Positions 63,213 to 64,000 of a stretch of 64,000 bases of DNA are shown here, in pieces; the stretch's first letter is position 1, and each line of letters starts with the position of its first letter. The stretch lies in contig JAQFVV010000009.1 in assembly GCA_028023455.1 (NCBI GenBank), positions 9,238,001 to 9,302,000 of the forward strand, read 5' to 3'. Under the pieces are notes generated by a model. It saw only the letters and a program-made list of their open reading frames with translations, made no database searches and was not told the DNA's origin. The DNA comes from Epiperipatus broadwayi. Taxonomy: Eukaryota; Animalia; Onychophora. Both the position numbers and the translations under genes were made by a program.

Positions 63213-64000
63213 ATTAATTTATTACTCAGAATATATAATATTAGCAGATTATTAGTATTTCAACTAATGGTTTGCTGACTAAATTCCACAAATTAACTTA
63301 GTCTTAATCATGCATAGTTCTTTACACGGTTGAACTATAAACAGCATATTTTTATTACAGTATTTTATTTTATTAAATCTTCTTCATTAACATTTCACTA
63401 TAATGCTCTCTTCAGCACATTGCACTGCTCATGCCAATTTTGCAAGCACTGTTCTGCTAGTGCACACATTACACACTGAACTGCTTTCATATTTCTAGAT
63501 AATTAGCATTATTTTCCTTTGTATATATTGTGCATATTATTTTTTTTCTAGAGTGAATCTTCAATATTTTTTATATTAACTAATTTTAAATGCACAGACA
63601 GTTTTTAGTCAATATATAACAATTTCTCCCTTCACTCTAGAAATAGGATAAAGTTGAATTATATATGTAATTTTCTAACCTTGCAGGTTTTCTAATCACT
63701 GTAGATTTTCTAGACAAAAGTCTCTTTTTTTAAAAGAAAAGCCTTTCTTCTTTACATTGCAATTATCTAATTTTACATGTTCATACTCATGCAACTTTAT
63801 TTTTCTTTTATACAGTTTTTAGACAATATATAATAATGTATATTTTTAAAAGCACATAAGTTCTATCTGCATTTGTAATATCATATATGAATGCTTATCA
63901 AAATTTATTTTTAATCATAAAGATTGCCTGATTACCAGTATTCATCTGTTGTTTGATTATGATCATTTTGTTGTATACACCCCTTAATTAATAAATCAAC

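Overview
Very AT-rich, CpG-poor eukaryotic (animal, probably invertebrate; species not determinable here) genomic DNA. It is essentially a nested transposable-element graveyard with no intact long ORF, and I saw no rRNA or tRNA gene and no CRISPR array. Recognisable components: a decayed K02A2.6-type Gypsy LTR retrotransposon (~25.7-35.6 kb); a full-length decayed Buster-family hAT (26049-28814); other Buster fragments; a hATm-like element; paired hAT and pogo/Tc1-type MITEs; several LINE remnants; a Penelope GIY-YIG fragment; tRNA-derived SINEs; and a few candidate small exons of an unidentified minus-strand host gene. The main signal is a non-coding ~400-440 bp repeat family carrying a minimal type I hammerhead ribozyme (UCCUCA-CUGAYGA-A-AGC-CACAA-GCU-A-GAAA-CUA-GUC^UGGGGA). 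There are 8 recognisable copies, and stem II shows compensatory changes. The family occurs in four insertions, each with partial tandem and/or inverted (foldback) arms, a 10-16 bp target-site duplication and clustered endpoints. This suggests a retrozyme or Penelope-pLTR-like RNA that integrates by two-sided priming. Two unrelated hammerhead-like motifs (500-539, and 52999-53045 just downstream of the Penelope endonuclease) are also present. All calls come from manual reading and translation; no database searches or folding programs were run, and coordinates of decayed elements are approximate.
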